Positions 49,288 to 58,743 of a stretch of DNA of 64,000 nucleotides are shown piece by piece. The notes under the pieces are model-generated. The model ran no database searches, was not told the DNA's origin, and worked only from the letters and a program-made list of their open reading frames with translations. The DNA lies in the NCBI GenBank assembly GCA_963675755.2, contig CAXXMD010000003.1, positions 3,360,001 through 3,424,000 on the forward strand, written 5' to 3'. The stretch comes from a bacterium. Lineage in GTDB: Bacteria; Zhuqueibacterota; Zhuqueibacteria; Residuimicrobiales; Krinioviventaceae. The first letter of the stretch is position 1, and each line of letters opens with the position of its first letter. The position numbers were made by a program, and so were the translations under genes.

Positions 49288-49434
49288 TTTCATATTTTTA
49301 CAAAATGTAATATATGTGTTTTACTGTACGAGTCCGCTAAGAGTTCGGATACACATGAACATGGTTGCAAATTTGAAAGAATAAATAGAGTTTTTATGAA
49401 ATGATGATTTGTTTTAAAAAGAGATGGTGAAATT

Positions 49435-49469
49435 AAAAAAGGCAGCCGGTCTTAAGGGCTGCCTTTTTT
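49435..49469. terminator. Bidirectional intrinsic terminator
   Basis: AAAAAAGGCAGCC-GGTCTTAAG-GGCTGCCTTTTTT between convergent genes. Confidence 0.8.
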
Positions 49470-49474
49470 ATAAA

Positions 49475-50749
49475 TTATTTCAAAAATAGAATTTTTTGGG
49501 TATTGTGGTAACCATTTGCCTGCATTCTTATTAAATAAGTACCGCTGGGTGCGGTAATACCGGCATCAGTTAATCCATCCCATTGTATGTTGTATTGGTT
49601 AGCAACTTGTTGTTGGTTTACCAGTGTTTTAATTTGTCGTCCCATTATATCAAATACAGCAATGTTAACAAAACTGTCTTGAGCAAGGTTATAGTTCAAT
49701 GTAGTTGACGGATTGAACGGATTTGGGTATGCTGCAAAAAGCTGAGTGGTTGTTGGCACAGCAGATATATCAACAGATGTTGTACCCAGGATATTTACAT
49801 CGCCATTTATGCTTACATCAGAAAGACGATATGTGTAGTTGTTTTCAATGTCTGCATTGGCATCTGTAAAACAGTATTGTGTTGATGATGATTTGGTTCC
49901 TTGTCCCTTTAAAGAATTATCTGAAATGTATGATGCAATCTGAACCCAATCAGATGATTTTGTTTTGCGATCAATAATGAATCCCATATTGTCAGATTCG
50001 CTAGCGGTAGTCCATTCCAGTTGAACAGAGTTGTTTGCAGATTTTGCAGAGAAGGACATTAATTCCACAGGAAGAGAAAGATCGTTAGCCACTGTCCAGG
50101 TTGCTCCGGTAATTGTTCCGGTATGTCCATTGCCGGTATTATCCGTCAGTGTGGTACCGCTACCATTACTCATTTTATAATAAGCAACAAGGCCTGATTC
50201 GGAACCGGTAAGCTCTATGTTTTTGTTGTTATTAATCTCTGTTACTGAACGAGCATCGTTCCAGATTCTGACTTCATCAATTAGACCGTCAAAAAATCTG
50301 TTGCTAAAATCAACACCAATGCATACCGGATCCGAGTTTGATGATGCATGCAAATATGAAGATGAAGATGTTTTGAGACTGCCATCTATATAAATATAAC
50401 ATACGCCACCATTTATAACACCGGCAACATGGTGCCACGTATTAGCGCTTAGTAAGTTAGTTGGTGTTTGTAATTCGTCAAAACTAATGTTCTGATTGTC
50501 TCCTAAACGTAGTACAAAACCATCTGCTGCACCGGTTTGATATTTAGAGACAATGCCATTTCCTGTTGTAAAACTGTGACAATAGATCCAGGCTTCAATG
50601 GTATAGTCGCCGGTTAAATCGAGGTTGTCATGGTCAGGTATTGCAACAAAATTACTGGAGCCGTTAAATTCGAGGGCATAATTTTGAGCATTTGATGTGC
50701 TCCATAAAAGTAGAACCAGAATAGATAAAACAGTACCAATTTTCCTCAT
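49475..50749 (-). CDS. Secreted LamG/concanavalin-like protein with LPVEL-Ig + FlgD-Ig tail
   Basis: ALEFNG, TIEAWI, WHHVAGV, FDGLIDEVRIW, GLVAYY; SLPVELMSFSA; YPNPFNPSTT. Confidence 0.85.
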   Translation of the reverse strand: MRKIGTVLSILVLLLWSTSNAQNYALEFNGSSNFVAIPDHDNLDLTGDYTIEAWIYCHSFTTGNGIVSKYQTGAADGFVLRLGDNQNISFDELQTPTNLLSANTWHHVAGVINGGVCYIYIDGSLKTSSSSYLHASSNSDPVCIGVDFSNRFFDGLIDEVRIWNDARSVTEINNNKNIELTGSESGLVAYYKMSNGSGTTLTDNTGNGHTGTITGATWTVANDLSLPVELMSFSAKSANNSVQLEWTTASESDNMGFIIDRKTKSSDWVQIASYISDNSLKGQGTKSSSTQYCFTDANADIENNYTYRLSDVSINGDVNILGTTSVDISAVPTTTQLFAAYPNPFNPSTTLNYNLAQDSFVNIAVFDIMGRQIKTLVNQQQVANQYNIQWDGLTDAGITAPSGTYLIRMQANGYHNTQKILFLK

Positions 50750-51062
50750 TCGTTACTCCTTCCTTAGTCTTTGTCAGATTGCGCTTATTCTTTTGAACTC
50801 AAGTTTTATCAAGTATATTATTCTGTAAATGTGTTGAATTTTTAATCCATGCCCGACCAAAAAACTGACATAACAATACAAACTTTACATGACAATTGAA
50901 AAATCAATTATCTGTGGGCAGCTCATTTTTGATTAAAATGTTTTAAAATGTGTAAATTGTTTTAATATTTTTATAAATGTTATTTTTTAATTAAATGTTT
51001 CAATTTTTATGCCAATCAATAAATAATGTTATTTTTGAGTATTTCTGTTTTAATATATTATT

Positions 51063-51535
51063 TCAGGAATATGATTTTTGTGTTTGCATTACCGATTCTG
51101 CTTGCAAACGTAATATATAGTTTCCACTTTGTGCGGATATTCCATTATCATTTGTGTCATCCCATTGGATAGAATATTCGCCCGCAGTCTGCAATAGAAT
51201 CATGAGGATAACACCATACGGGCAGCAAGAGCGGAGCCAAGCTGTATATCTGATCCGAATACGGCATCTGCAGATGCCCACAGTTTTAGATTTAATAGAC
51301 CGATTCTGGAACCGTTGAGCTGGATTGATAAACCAGTTGCTGATGCCCCGGTAACATCAGCAGACAGCTGCAAACGGCCCAGAACCTGATCTGAACTCCC
51401 CGGCGTAACTGTTGGTGTATAGCTACTGCCGTCAGTAAAAGTAATAAAATCATTGGATGTGGTAAAATTTCCCTCATCTAAAAGTCTGGATCCTGTCTTG
51501 TTGAATTGCTCATGAAATTTGAATTTGATTCTCAT
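51063..51535 (-). pseudogene. Decayed member of the CTD-bearing secreted-protein family
   Basis: One frame gives a passenger-like fragment (DFITFTDGSSYTP...LKLWASAD). Another gives the CTD end (AGEYSIQWDDTNDNG..AQSGNYILRLQAE..QTQK). No signal peptide and no LPVEL segment. Confidence 0.6.
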
Positions 51536-51573
51536 TTTCTATTCAGGTTTATCTATTCATGACTTGTACCCAA

Positions 51574-51616
51574 AATTCCCCAGCAAGTATCTAAAGAACG
51601 ATACTTGCTGGGAATT
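51574..51616. terminator. Strong hairpin, terminator-like
   Basis: CCCAGCAAGTATC-N8-GATACTTGCTGGG; no intact gene ends here. Confidence 0.45.
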
Positions 51617-51848
51617 GTATAGCACGGTAGGGCTCAAGTTGGTTTGTCCGTATGAGAGACAGCACAAATAATGTAATGTTAGGCATTTTAGTTTATACTG
51701 TTTTATAGTGTTACCTATTGATATAATAAATTATATTAATTTGTTTAAAGTTAAAAAATTTCTATATTTACAACATAATAGTATTTGTTAAAATTGGTAA
51801 AACTTTACATTTATGATAAAGATTAAACGGTATTGATAAAAACATGGA

Positions 51849-53591
51849 GTGAATGACTTGGGAAAATTCAGTTTATTAATACAGTTTGTTTTTATGCTTT
51901 GTTTTGTTCTCCTGGGATCCCCAGCTGCCCTATCAAACACGTTTGATTTTGAAGCTCAGATTCGTGGTTTAGACACATTGAATGTTGAACAATTCCGTTT
52001 GGAAATTGATACGTTATATTTTGAACTGGAACGCATCAATGACTATAAAATTAAAAAGGAATATGCCGATCGTCTTTTTGCTATCACCAGGGAGAGAGAC
52101 GAGTTGGCACACATTCGTTCTTTGGTTTATCCGGTAATCTATCCGGATTCTATCAAAGTGCTTTATATGAAAGAAGCATTTGAAATTGCAAAAAGATTAA
52201 ACTCTGTCAAAGAATTGGCTTGGCTGGAAGAGAGACGGTGCCGTCATTATATGCAAAAAGCACAGTATGATTCGGCAATGACAAGTTTATTAATATTAAG
52301 GGATGAATACTGTCCCAATCCTGGCAGCGATGAGTACCTGAATATTGAGAATTTATTGGGTGATATTTACTATAGAACCGGTATGTATGAACAAGCACTG
52401 ACTGCTTACCAAAATATTTATAAAGAGTTTGAGAAACAGGACATATGGGATTATTGGCGCCCCTATGTCATCATGAATAATATTGGTTTAATAGGAATTG
52501 AACTAGAAAACTTTAAACTTGCTGAAACCTGGTTTAACAAGTCATTACAAAAAGCCAGACAATATTTGATGGTTCCTGAAAAAAATAACATCATTGCCTA
52601 TATTTTGGTGAAATTAATGCAAGTTAATATCGAAAATGAACGCTTCGACGACGCCAGAAATTATTTACAGCAAATATTATCTATGCCACAAGATCAAATT
52701 TATACTGATGTTCACCAGGAACTTTTATTTGTGAAAAGTACACTTTTGTTAAATGAGGGGGATGCAGATGGAGCATTGGAACAGGTACAAGCTTTATTAG
52801 ATTATGGTAAAAAAAGACAAGCTGCTGTACGGTTTAAAATTGAAGTTGATTTGTTGCTATCTCAAATATACAAAGCGCAGGGTAAACGCCAATTGGCTTT
52901 ACAGCATTTGGAAAAATATACAGTTGTAAATGATTCTCTAATGAAACATAATCACTCAATTCGTTCGTTACTTTTGCTGGCAGAAAAAGATCATAAACTT
53001 ACAAGAGAAAAGTTAAAAGCTGCCAAACGTCAGGAATTATGGTTGTATTCATTCATATCTATTATATTAGTAGCCTTGGTGATTGTTGTTCTGTTATATA
53101 GACGGCTTTACCTTTCAAAGTTGCAAATGGTTGATAATGCAATGGAAAAACAATTAAAAGGAGACAGACCATCTGTAACTGCTAGATTAAACGAGTTACC
53201 AAAAGACAATGAACAGCAAGAGGGCACATTTCAACTACTTTCTCAGCTGGATGAATTGATTACCGAGAAAAAAATATATCTTGATCCTGATTTGAATATT
53301 CAAAAAACAGCAGACTATTTGTCTACTAACCGAACCTATTTATCTACAGCTATAAATAATACCTACAATATGAACTTTCCTACCTATATTAACCGCTTGC
53401 GCATACAGGAATCGATACAACTGATTGCTGAAGGTTTTACAAAAAATCAGACACTGGAAGCATTGGCCTCACAATCCGGTTTCGCCAATCGGGTTGTGTT
53501 TGTAACCGCGTTTAAAAAGTATACCGGTGTTACTCCGTCCTTTTTTATCAAAAATTTTGAGCATTATCGTGCAAAACTGGGTGTTAAATAA
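51849..53591 (+). CDS. Membrane-anchored TPR sensor with C-terminal AraC HTH
   Basis: Signal-like N-terminus, TPR-like helices (NLLGDIYY, NNIGLI), one TM, YLDPDLN...TNRTYLS.AIN...NF..YIN.LRI, SGF.NR..F..AFKKYTGVTP. Confidence 0.88.
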   Translation: MNDLGKFSLLIQFVFMLCFVLLGSPAALSNTFDFEAQIRGLDTLNVEQFRLEIDTLYFELERINDYKIKKEYADRLFAITRERDELAHIRSLVYPVIYPDSIKVLYMKEAFEIAKRLNSVKELAWLEERRCRHYMQKAQYDSAMTSLLILRDEYCPNPGSDEYLNIENLLGDIYYRTGMYEQALTAYQNIYKEFEKQDIWDYWRPYVIMNNIGLIGIELENFKLAETWFNKSLQKARQYLMVPEKNNIIAYILVKLMQVNIENERFDDARNYLQQILSMPQDQIYTDVHQELLFVKSTLLLNEGDADGALEQVQALLDYGKKRQAAVRFKIEVDLLLSQIYKAQGKRQLALQHLEKYTVVNDSLMKHNHSIRSLLLLAEKDHKLTREKLKAAKRQELWLYSFISIILVALVIVVLLYRRLYLSKLQMVDNAMEKQLKGDRPSVTARLNELPKDNEQQEGTFQLLSQLDELITEKKIYLDPDLNIQKTADYLSTNRTYLSTAINNTYNMNFPTYINRLRIQESIQLIAEGFTKNQTLEALASQSGFANRVVFVTAFKKYTGVTPSFFIKNFEHYRAKLGVK

Positions 53592-53627
53592 CACGATATT
53601 TATTAAGAAAAATTATTTTAGAAAAAT

Positions 53628-53661
53628 GTATAGCCCTTTCGGTCTTTTCCGAAAGAGATAT
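53628..53661. terminator. Hairpin between convergent genes
   Basis: CTTTCGG-TCTTTT-CCGAAAG core. Confidence 0.5.
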
Positions 53662-53681
53662 ACAAATTTTGTTATAAAATG

Positions 53682-55022
53682 TTATTTGATAAACAATACT
53701 TTTTGTAAATGAGTTGTGTTCCCTGCATTCATCCGAATCAGGTAGGTACCGCTTGGGGCAAGCTGACCGCTATCTGTAGAGCCATTCCACTGGACCGAAT
53801 ATTCACCCGCAGGTTGTTTTTGGTTAATCAGCTGTTTGACCTGACGACCCAAAACATCATAAACTAACATGGTAATGTGGTTCTCTTTTGCCAAATTATA
53901 CTTGAGCGTTGTTGATGGATTAAACGGATTCGGATAGGCTGAAAATAATTGTGTGAAAACTGGCACCGTTTCGTTAACAGATGTTGTACCAATACTGTTT
54001 ATTGTTCCGGTTGTGCTGACTTTAGATAGGCGATAGATGTAATTCACTCCTGCTGATACATTCTTATCTGTAAAAATATATTTAAATGGGGAGGAGGTAG
54101 TGCCTTGTCCTGTTAATTCCGTATGGGTTTTGTATGAGGCAATCTGCATCCAATTGGTTTCTTCAGTTTTACGTTCGATAATAAAACCGATATTGTCACT
54201 TTCGCTGGCAGTGATCCATTTGATATCAATCCCCTTTGAGGTAGATACTGCAGTGAAGGATTGTAATGATACCGGTAAGCTTCCGTCAAGCCCTGTACCT
54301 TTTATCGAAAAGCTAAAAGTGCTTTCATCTTGATCATCGTTGGATATTGTGATTGTTGCCGTGCGTGTTCCCTGAACAGTCGGATCAAAGGTCACCTGAA
54401 ACGTTGATGAACTGCCTATGCTGATTTCAGAATTGGGATCAAGAGTGACAGAAAAATCGCCAGCGTGGGAACCGCCAATCTCAACCAGCGGAGTACCAGT
54501 CAATGCCAATGCCCAAACTCCGCTATTTGATATTGTAAATGTATGATTAATTGTTTGACCGGTTACAAAGGCATCACCAAAGTCTGTCAAGTCAGTTAGT
54601 TCGGGAGTAGAGTCATTATTCCCAATATCCAGTCCATTACCGGATACGGATATTTCAGGCCAAAGTACAGTAACCAGAGGAGTGCCGGTTGCTTCACCCC
54701 ACAAAACCCACCCCGAAGCTGGCGGTTCAGAAGGAGTAACCTCCGGAGGTCTGTATTCTACATAATATAAAATATCATCATCATCATTATAGTTGGTATC
54801 AATATTCCAGTATTCAACGCCGCCGTACCAGTCACAATAGACATAATTTCCGTCAGCGTCCATCCAGTATTTATAACCATCACTATCTATACCTTGAACA
54901 GTATAGGTACCATTTACATTTGCTGGAATTGTAATTCCGGTAACTTCCAAGCCCTGGCTGTAAACCTGTGAAACAATGAATAATGCAAATACCAGAAAAA
55001 ATGTTTGTTTTATTCTTTTCAT
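53682..55022 (-). CDS. Secreted protein: Trp/Tyr-rich N-domain + choice-of-anchor-D-like Ig + LPVEL-Ig + FlgD-Ig tail
   Basis: Signal peptide; PEISVSGN..TDFG..FTISNSG..FDPT..GTRTATITISNDD.DE; SLPVSLQSFTA; YPNPFNPSTT. Confidence 0.8.
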   Translation of the reverse strand: MKRIKQTFFLVFALFIVSQVYSQGLEVTGITIPANVNGTYTVQGIDSDGYKYWMDADGNYVYCDWYGGVEYWNIDTNYNDDDDILYYVEYRPPEVTPSEPPASGWVLWGEATGTPLVTVLWPEISVSGNGLDIGNNDSTPELTDLTDFGDAFVTGQTINHTFTISNSGVWALALTGTPLVEIGGSHAGDFSVTLDPNSEISIGSSSTFQVTFDPTVQGTRTATITISNDDQDESTFSFSIKGTGLDGSLPVSLQSFTAVSTSKGIDIKWITASESDNIGFIIERKTEETNWMQIASYKTHTELTGQGTTSSPFKYIFTDKNVSAGVNYIYRLSKVSTTGTINSIGTTSVNETVPVFTQLFSAYPNPFNPSTTLKYNLAKENHITMLVYDVLGRQVKQLINQKQPAGEYSVQWNGSTDSGQLAPSGTYLIRMNAGNTTHLQKVLFIK

Positions 55023-55049
55023 TTTTTTCTCTTTTTAAACACGTTAATG

Positions 55050-55625
55050 TTAATTTTTTTGTTTTGTGTTATGCGGGTCCTGACCTTTTACACAAATATA
55101 ATATTTTAGCACCAATACTGGTTGAATATTTGAATGGGGTTGATTAACACCGGAAGAGATGATAACACCAGGTGCCATTGTTGTTGAAGAAATGGAAGGA
55201 GAGGAATAGTATTTTAGATCATCATACTTTTCATCCAGTTCTTTTGTTTTTGCAGGATAATTGTTTTCAATTTCCAAGTTGTCTGCATCTTTGGTAGAGC
55301 AAAATACCGAATGATTATGGGAAGGTATTTGAGATTTGGTTAAAATCACTTCACTGGCCCCCCCTGTTTCTCCCAAAGTACGTCCTGTTAGATTCACTCG
55401 TTTACCCACTCCAACCACTACTCTGTCTTTCAGGTTCGGAATTGCAAAATTGTTGACCCCATCTCCTCCGAAATGATTTCCAATTATTGCAAATAATTCA
55501 GGATATTCTGTAATCATTAACAGGCGACCATCGCAATATTTCCAATTTGTGGTAATAAATTCTCCGTGTGGATTGTAGGGGAATGCTTCTATGGTACCCA
55601 TAAAACTGGTTTCACTGGCCATCAT
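55050..55625 (-). CDS. Phage tail collar (MdpB-like) protein 3
   Basis: FMGTI..F...WKYCDG..L.I.EYPELFAIIG..FGGDG..NFAIPNLKDR, P.HNH, HSNIQP.L.L.Y.IC..G. Start reassigned to 55625 (RBS AGGAG). Confidence 0.88.
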   Translation of the reverse strand: MMASETSFMGTIEAFPYNPHGEFITTNWKYCDGRLLMITEYPELFAIIGNHFGGDGVNNFAIPNLKDRVVVGVGKRVNLTGRTLGETGGASEVILTKSQIPSHNHSVFCSTKDADNLEIENNYPAKTKELDEKYDDLKYYSSPSISSTTMAPGVIISSGVNQPHSNIQPVLVLKYYICVKGQDPHNTKQKN

Positions 55626-56181
55626 GTTCTCCTTTGTTTTCAGATTCATGCCTTGGGGGAAAGATACCATTTATACATATAATGTAATTTAAGCAGAAAA
55701 ATGGCATCATATTCTCATGAGCCTCGCCATCGCCTGTCATACCAATCATATTCTTTTTCATTAATACATCTTTATCTTTTCTATAAAAATGATATTTGTC
55801 AGAACTGCTGTTTTGAGCCGGATAATTATTTTCAGGATCATTAACCAAGCCTGTTCTACCTGGTGTTGTAGTACATTGAACATGGTGATTATGTAATGGC
55901 ATTTGATCTTTTTCCAATATTATTTTTTCATAACCACCATGATTCCCAAGATTGAAATTTGACGATTCACCTTGTCCGGTACCAACCGGTATACATCCAC
56001 GCAAATCCGGCAATGCTATTGTAGTTTGGCCATCTCCCCCAAAATTGTTGCCAATTAGGGCTGCAAGTGCCTTGTGATCACTCACAGACAAAATTGATCC
56101 ATCACAAAATGCCCAATCTGTGGGTGGTTTTGGACCAGCAAAAAGTGCTATCTCTCCTAAAAAGCTGTTTAAACCTGCCAT
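55612..56181 (-). CDS. Phage tail collar (MdpB-like) protein 2
   Basis: FLGEIALFAG..PP.DWAFCDG..L....LIG..FGGDG.TT.ALPDLRG, MP.HNH, HENMMPF..LNYIIC..GIFP. Confidence 0.9.
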   Translation of the reverse strand: MAGLNSFLGEIALFAGPKPPTDWAFCDGSILSVSDHKALAALIGNNFGGDGQTTIALPDLRGCIPVGTGQGESSNFNLGNHGGYEKIILEKDQMPLHNHHVQCTTTPGRTGLVNDPENNYPAQNSSSDKYHFYRKDKDVLMKKNMIGMTGDGEAHENMMPFFCLNYIICINGIFPPRHESENKGEHDGQ

Positions 56182-56196
56182 CTTTTCCTCCTGTGT

Positions 56197-56724
56197 TTAT
56201 TCTAATGGCTCTTGTTCATGTGGATATATACCTTCAACACAAATGATATAATGTAATGCTAAAAAAGGCTGCATATTCGAGTGTCCGTTGATTCCACCTT
56301 CCTGGCTTATTATCTCATCTCCCATTGTTTTGTTATCATGTTCTGCGCAATAACATAAAATGTTTTCAAGGTTTGGTTTTGCGAAAATGTTGTTTTGAGG
56401 TTCGGAAGATTTTGTTGTATCACTAACATCACAAAATACAGAGTGGCTATGTGACGGAGTATGATATTTTTGTAGATAAGATTTTTCTTTTCCAAGATTC
56501 ATTGCAAAATGAAAATTGCCTTCTCCCATAACCGTTCTACCACTAAGATTAGGTAAGCAAAAAGTCATATGCCCGTCCCCTCCGAAATTAATCCCAATGA
56601 TATTATACAACCTGGCATATTTTGCGATCTCTAGGATATCACCATTACAAAACATCCAGTTTTTAGGAGGATAGCTCCCGGAATAAAGTTTTATGGTTCC
56701 AATAAAATCATCATTTTCCTGCAT
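56197..56724 (-). CDS. Phage tail collar (MdpB-like) protein 1
   Basis: FIGTIKLYSG.YPP.NWMFCNG..L.I..Y..L..IIG..FGGDG..TF.LPNL.GR, PSHSH, HSNMQPFLAL.YIIC.EGIYP. Confidence 0.9.
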   Translation of the reverse strand: MQENDDFIGTIKLYSGSYPPKNWMFCNGDILEIAKYARLYNIIGINFGGDGHMTFCLPNLSGRTVMGEGNFHFAMNLGKEKSYLQKYHTPSHSHSVFCDVSDTTKSSEPQNNIFAKPNLENILCYCAEHDNKTMGDEIISQEGGINGHSNMQPFLALHYIICVEGIYPHEQEPLE

Positions 56725-56855
56725 TGAAAATCTCCTGTTAGATTTTTTAAGCGAAATTCCAGACCAGTCCCCTTGAATTTAACCAGAGTAAAAAACAAAA
56801 ATTTTAGAGGTAATGGACCAATCTAATCTTTCATGAATACAACTGAATCGATAAT

Positions 56856-56923
56856 AAGATATGGATTAAATAAATACCCTAACAAGCAGATATGTTGCAA
56901 AATGCAGAGATTATGTTGCATTT
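56856..56923 (-). promoter_or_regulatory. 21-bp-period direct repeat with candidate -10, upstream of the tail-collar operon
   Basis: On the minus strand TGCAACATA starts at 56920 and 56899; TATCTT starts at 56861. Same layout as the 44881 element. Confidence 0.6.
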
Positions 56924-57039
56924 GAGATGTGAAAATGAAGTTTTTTGAGGAAAAGTAATTTAAAATTGATTGTTATAATGAATCAGATATGGTTTTGTTA
57001 AATTTTGTTATTTCTGATTTTTTTAATAGCGAGGATAAA

Positions 57040-57078
57040 AAGGCGCCTCCCCACATTGAATCATTGCGGGGAGGCGGA
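57040..57078 (-). terminator. Intrinsic terminator
   Basis: GCCTCCCC...GGGGAGGC stem just after the 57082 stop, with an A-run on the + side. Confidence 0.65.
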
Positions 57079-57081
57079 AAG

Positions 57082-58743
57082 TTATTTTAAAAGTTGTATT
57101 TTTTGACTTTGATTGTAGCCTGCTGTTTGCATACGTACCAGATAAGTACCACTAGGTGCTGGTGTCCCTGCATTGGTTAAGCTGTCCCATCTGATAGAGT
57201 GTTCACCGGCGATTTGCTGTTGATTGACAAGTGATTTTATCTCACGTCCCAGAACGTCATAAACTGTCAGCGTAACATGGCTGTCTTTAGCCAGACTATA
57301 GTTAAGGGTAGTGGATGGATTGAAGGGATTGGGATACGCTGCAAGCAGTTGTGTGGTTTGGGGAGTTGTTGATGCTACAACGGATGTATTGCCAATCACA
57401 TTCACGGTACCGGTTGTACTGACTTCGGAAAGACGATAAGTGTAATCCACTCCCATTGATATATTATTATCTGTAAAATTATATTGCGACGGGTAAGAGG
57501 TAGTGCCTTGTCCTGTCAATTCAGCATGTGTTTGATATGAAGCGATCTGTTGCCAACTGGTGTCGTCAGATTTACGATCAATAATGAAGCCGATATTGTC
57601 TGTTTCGCTGGCGGTGTTCCATTCCAGTTCTATAGTATTGCTTGCACTTTTAGCAGTAAAAGAAACAAGATTAACTGGTAAGGTAAGGTCTGAAGAACTT
57701 ACCCATTGAGATGATTCACTGGGATCAAGTATCCCAAACCATGTCATGTTTGCAATATCGTCAATTACGGGTGTTGTGAGATTGTCGGGTGCTGATCCTC
57801 CAAAGCCAAAAGTTAGTGTGATTATATTTCCTGTATTCGAAACAATAATATTGTTTTCATTAACACCTGCACCGGAAACCGTTTTTATCGTTTTGCCGTC
57901 CCAGGCACCAGTAACAAATGCTCTGTCGGCATCTTCAAGAATTTTGTTAGCGAGGTCGACATTGCCTCCATGGATATCAGTGAGACCAGAATAAAAAGTG
58001 CCTGTTGCAAGTCCTTTTGAATCAGAAATAGTTGTGCCGCTCCCGGCATCAAAATTCCAATAGCTCTTGCAATTTGTATTGTTAATTGTTGTTTTACTGG
58101 ACATTTGATTTTGAATATCAGTTAGACTCAAGGCTGAATCCCATACTCTTGCTTCATCCAGATAGCCTACGAAAAATCCATATCCCCATGGCAGTCTTCC
58201 CATGTTCAACCTGCAATCTGTGTTTGCCCGAATATTTCCGCTTTGATTGGCTTCGTTTTCCAAAGATCCATTTACATATATCCTGACTTTAGAGCCATCA
58301 TAAGTTCCCGTCAAAAAGTACCATGTTCCTGTACTGGGTTTTGTACTAGATGTTACGCTTACTTTGGTTCCGGATTCATTTTCAACTGTAAATTCGAATT
58401 TATTTGATACTTTGGTGTTCCGTAGCCAGAATTGACCATGTTCGGTAGTAATGTTTAATGTATTGTGAGTTGCATATGAAATATATGAAGAGTATTGCCC
58501 TTCTCGTTCATCATGGTTTGATACAGACCATGAACTTGGATCGGTAGTCCATTTAATCCAAACAGCTACTGTGAGTTGATCTGTAAATCCATAATTAGGA
58601 GCCCCACAATAAATGAAATCGCCATGTGAATTAAAGTTCGCATTCTGAAAATTTATTGCTGTCCCCGCCTGGCTGTATAAATTACCAGGCACTAAAAAAA
58701 ATACGCTTGTAATCAATGTTAATAATATTAATGTTTTTTTCAT
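57082..58743 (-). CDS. Secreted LamG-domain protein with LPVEL-Ig + FlgD-Ig tail
   Basis: LTVAVWIK, WYFLTGTYDG, FVGYLDEARVW; TLPVNLVSFTA; YPNPFNPSTT. Start reassigned to MKKTL. Confidence 0.83.
   Translation of the reverse strand: MKKTLILLTLITSVFFLVPGNLYSQAGTAINFQNANFNSHGDFIYCGAPNYGFTDQLTVAVWIKWTTDPSSWSVSNHDEREGQYSSYISYATHNTLNITTEHGQFWLRNTKVSNKFEFTVENESGTKVSVTSSTKPSTGTWYFLTGTYDGSKVRIYVNGSLENEANQSGNIRANTDCRLNMGRLPWGYGFFVGYLDEARVWDSALSLTDIQNQMSSKTTINNTNCKSYWNFDAGSGTTISDSKGLATGTFYSGLTDIHGGNVDLANKILEDADRAFVTGAWDGKTIKTVSGAGVNENNIIVSNTGNIITLTFGFGGSAPDNLTTPVIDDIANMTWFGILDPSESSQWVSSSDLTLPVNLVSFTAKSASNTIELEWNTASETDNIGFIIDRKSDDTSWQQIASYQTHAELTGQGTTSYPSQYNFTDNNISMGVDYTYRLSEVSTTGTVNVIGNTSVVASTTPQTTQLLAAYPNPFNPSTTLNYSLAKDSHVTLTVYDVLGREIKSLVNQQQIAGEHSIRWDSLTNAGTPAPSGTYLVRMQTAGYNQSQKIQLLK

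Noticed and set aside
50868-50896. ACATAACAAT/ACATGACAAT direct repeat upstream of the LamG gene
   Set aside because: 19-bp period in very AT-rich DNA, and it does not match the TGCRACAT element; could be chance.
51616-51700. Possible riboswitch ahead of the 51574 hairpin
   Set aside because: No match by eye to c-di-GMP, TPP, SAM or cobalamin cores; needs an Infernal scan.
55050-56724. Prophage, tailocin or eCIS suggested by the tail-collar genes
   Set aside because: No other structural, packaging, lysis or integrase gene is recognisable in the window; the flanks are host secreted-protein genes.
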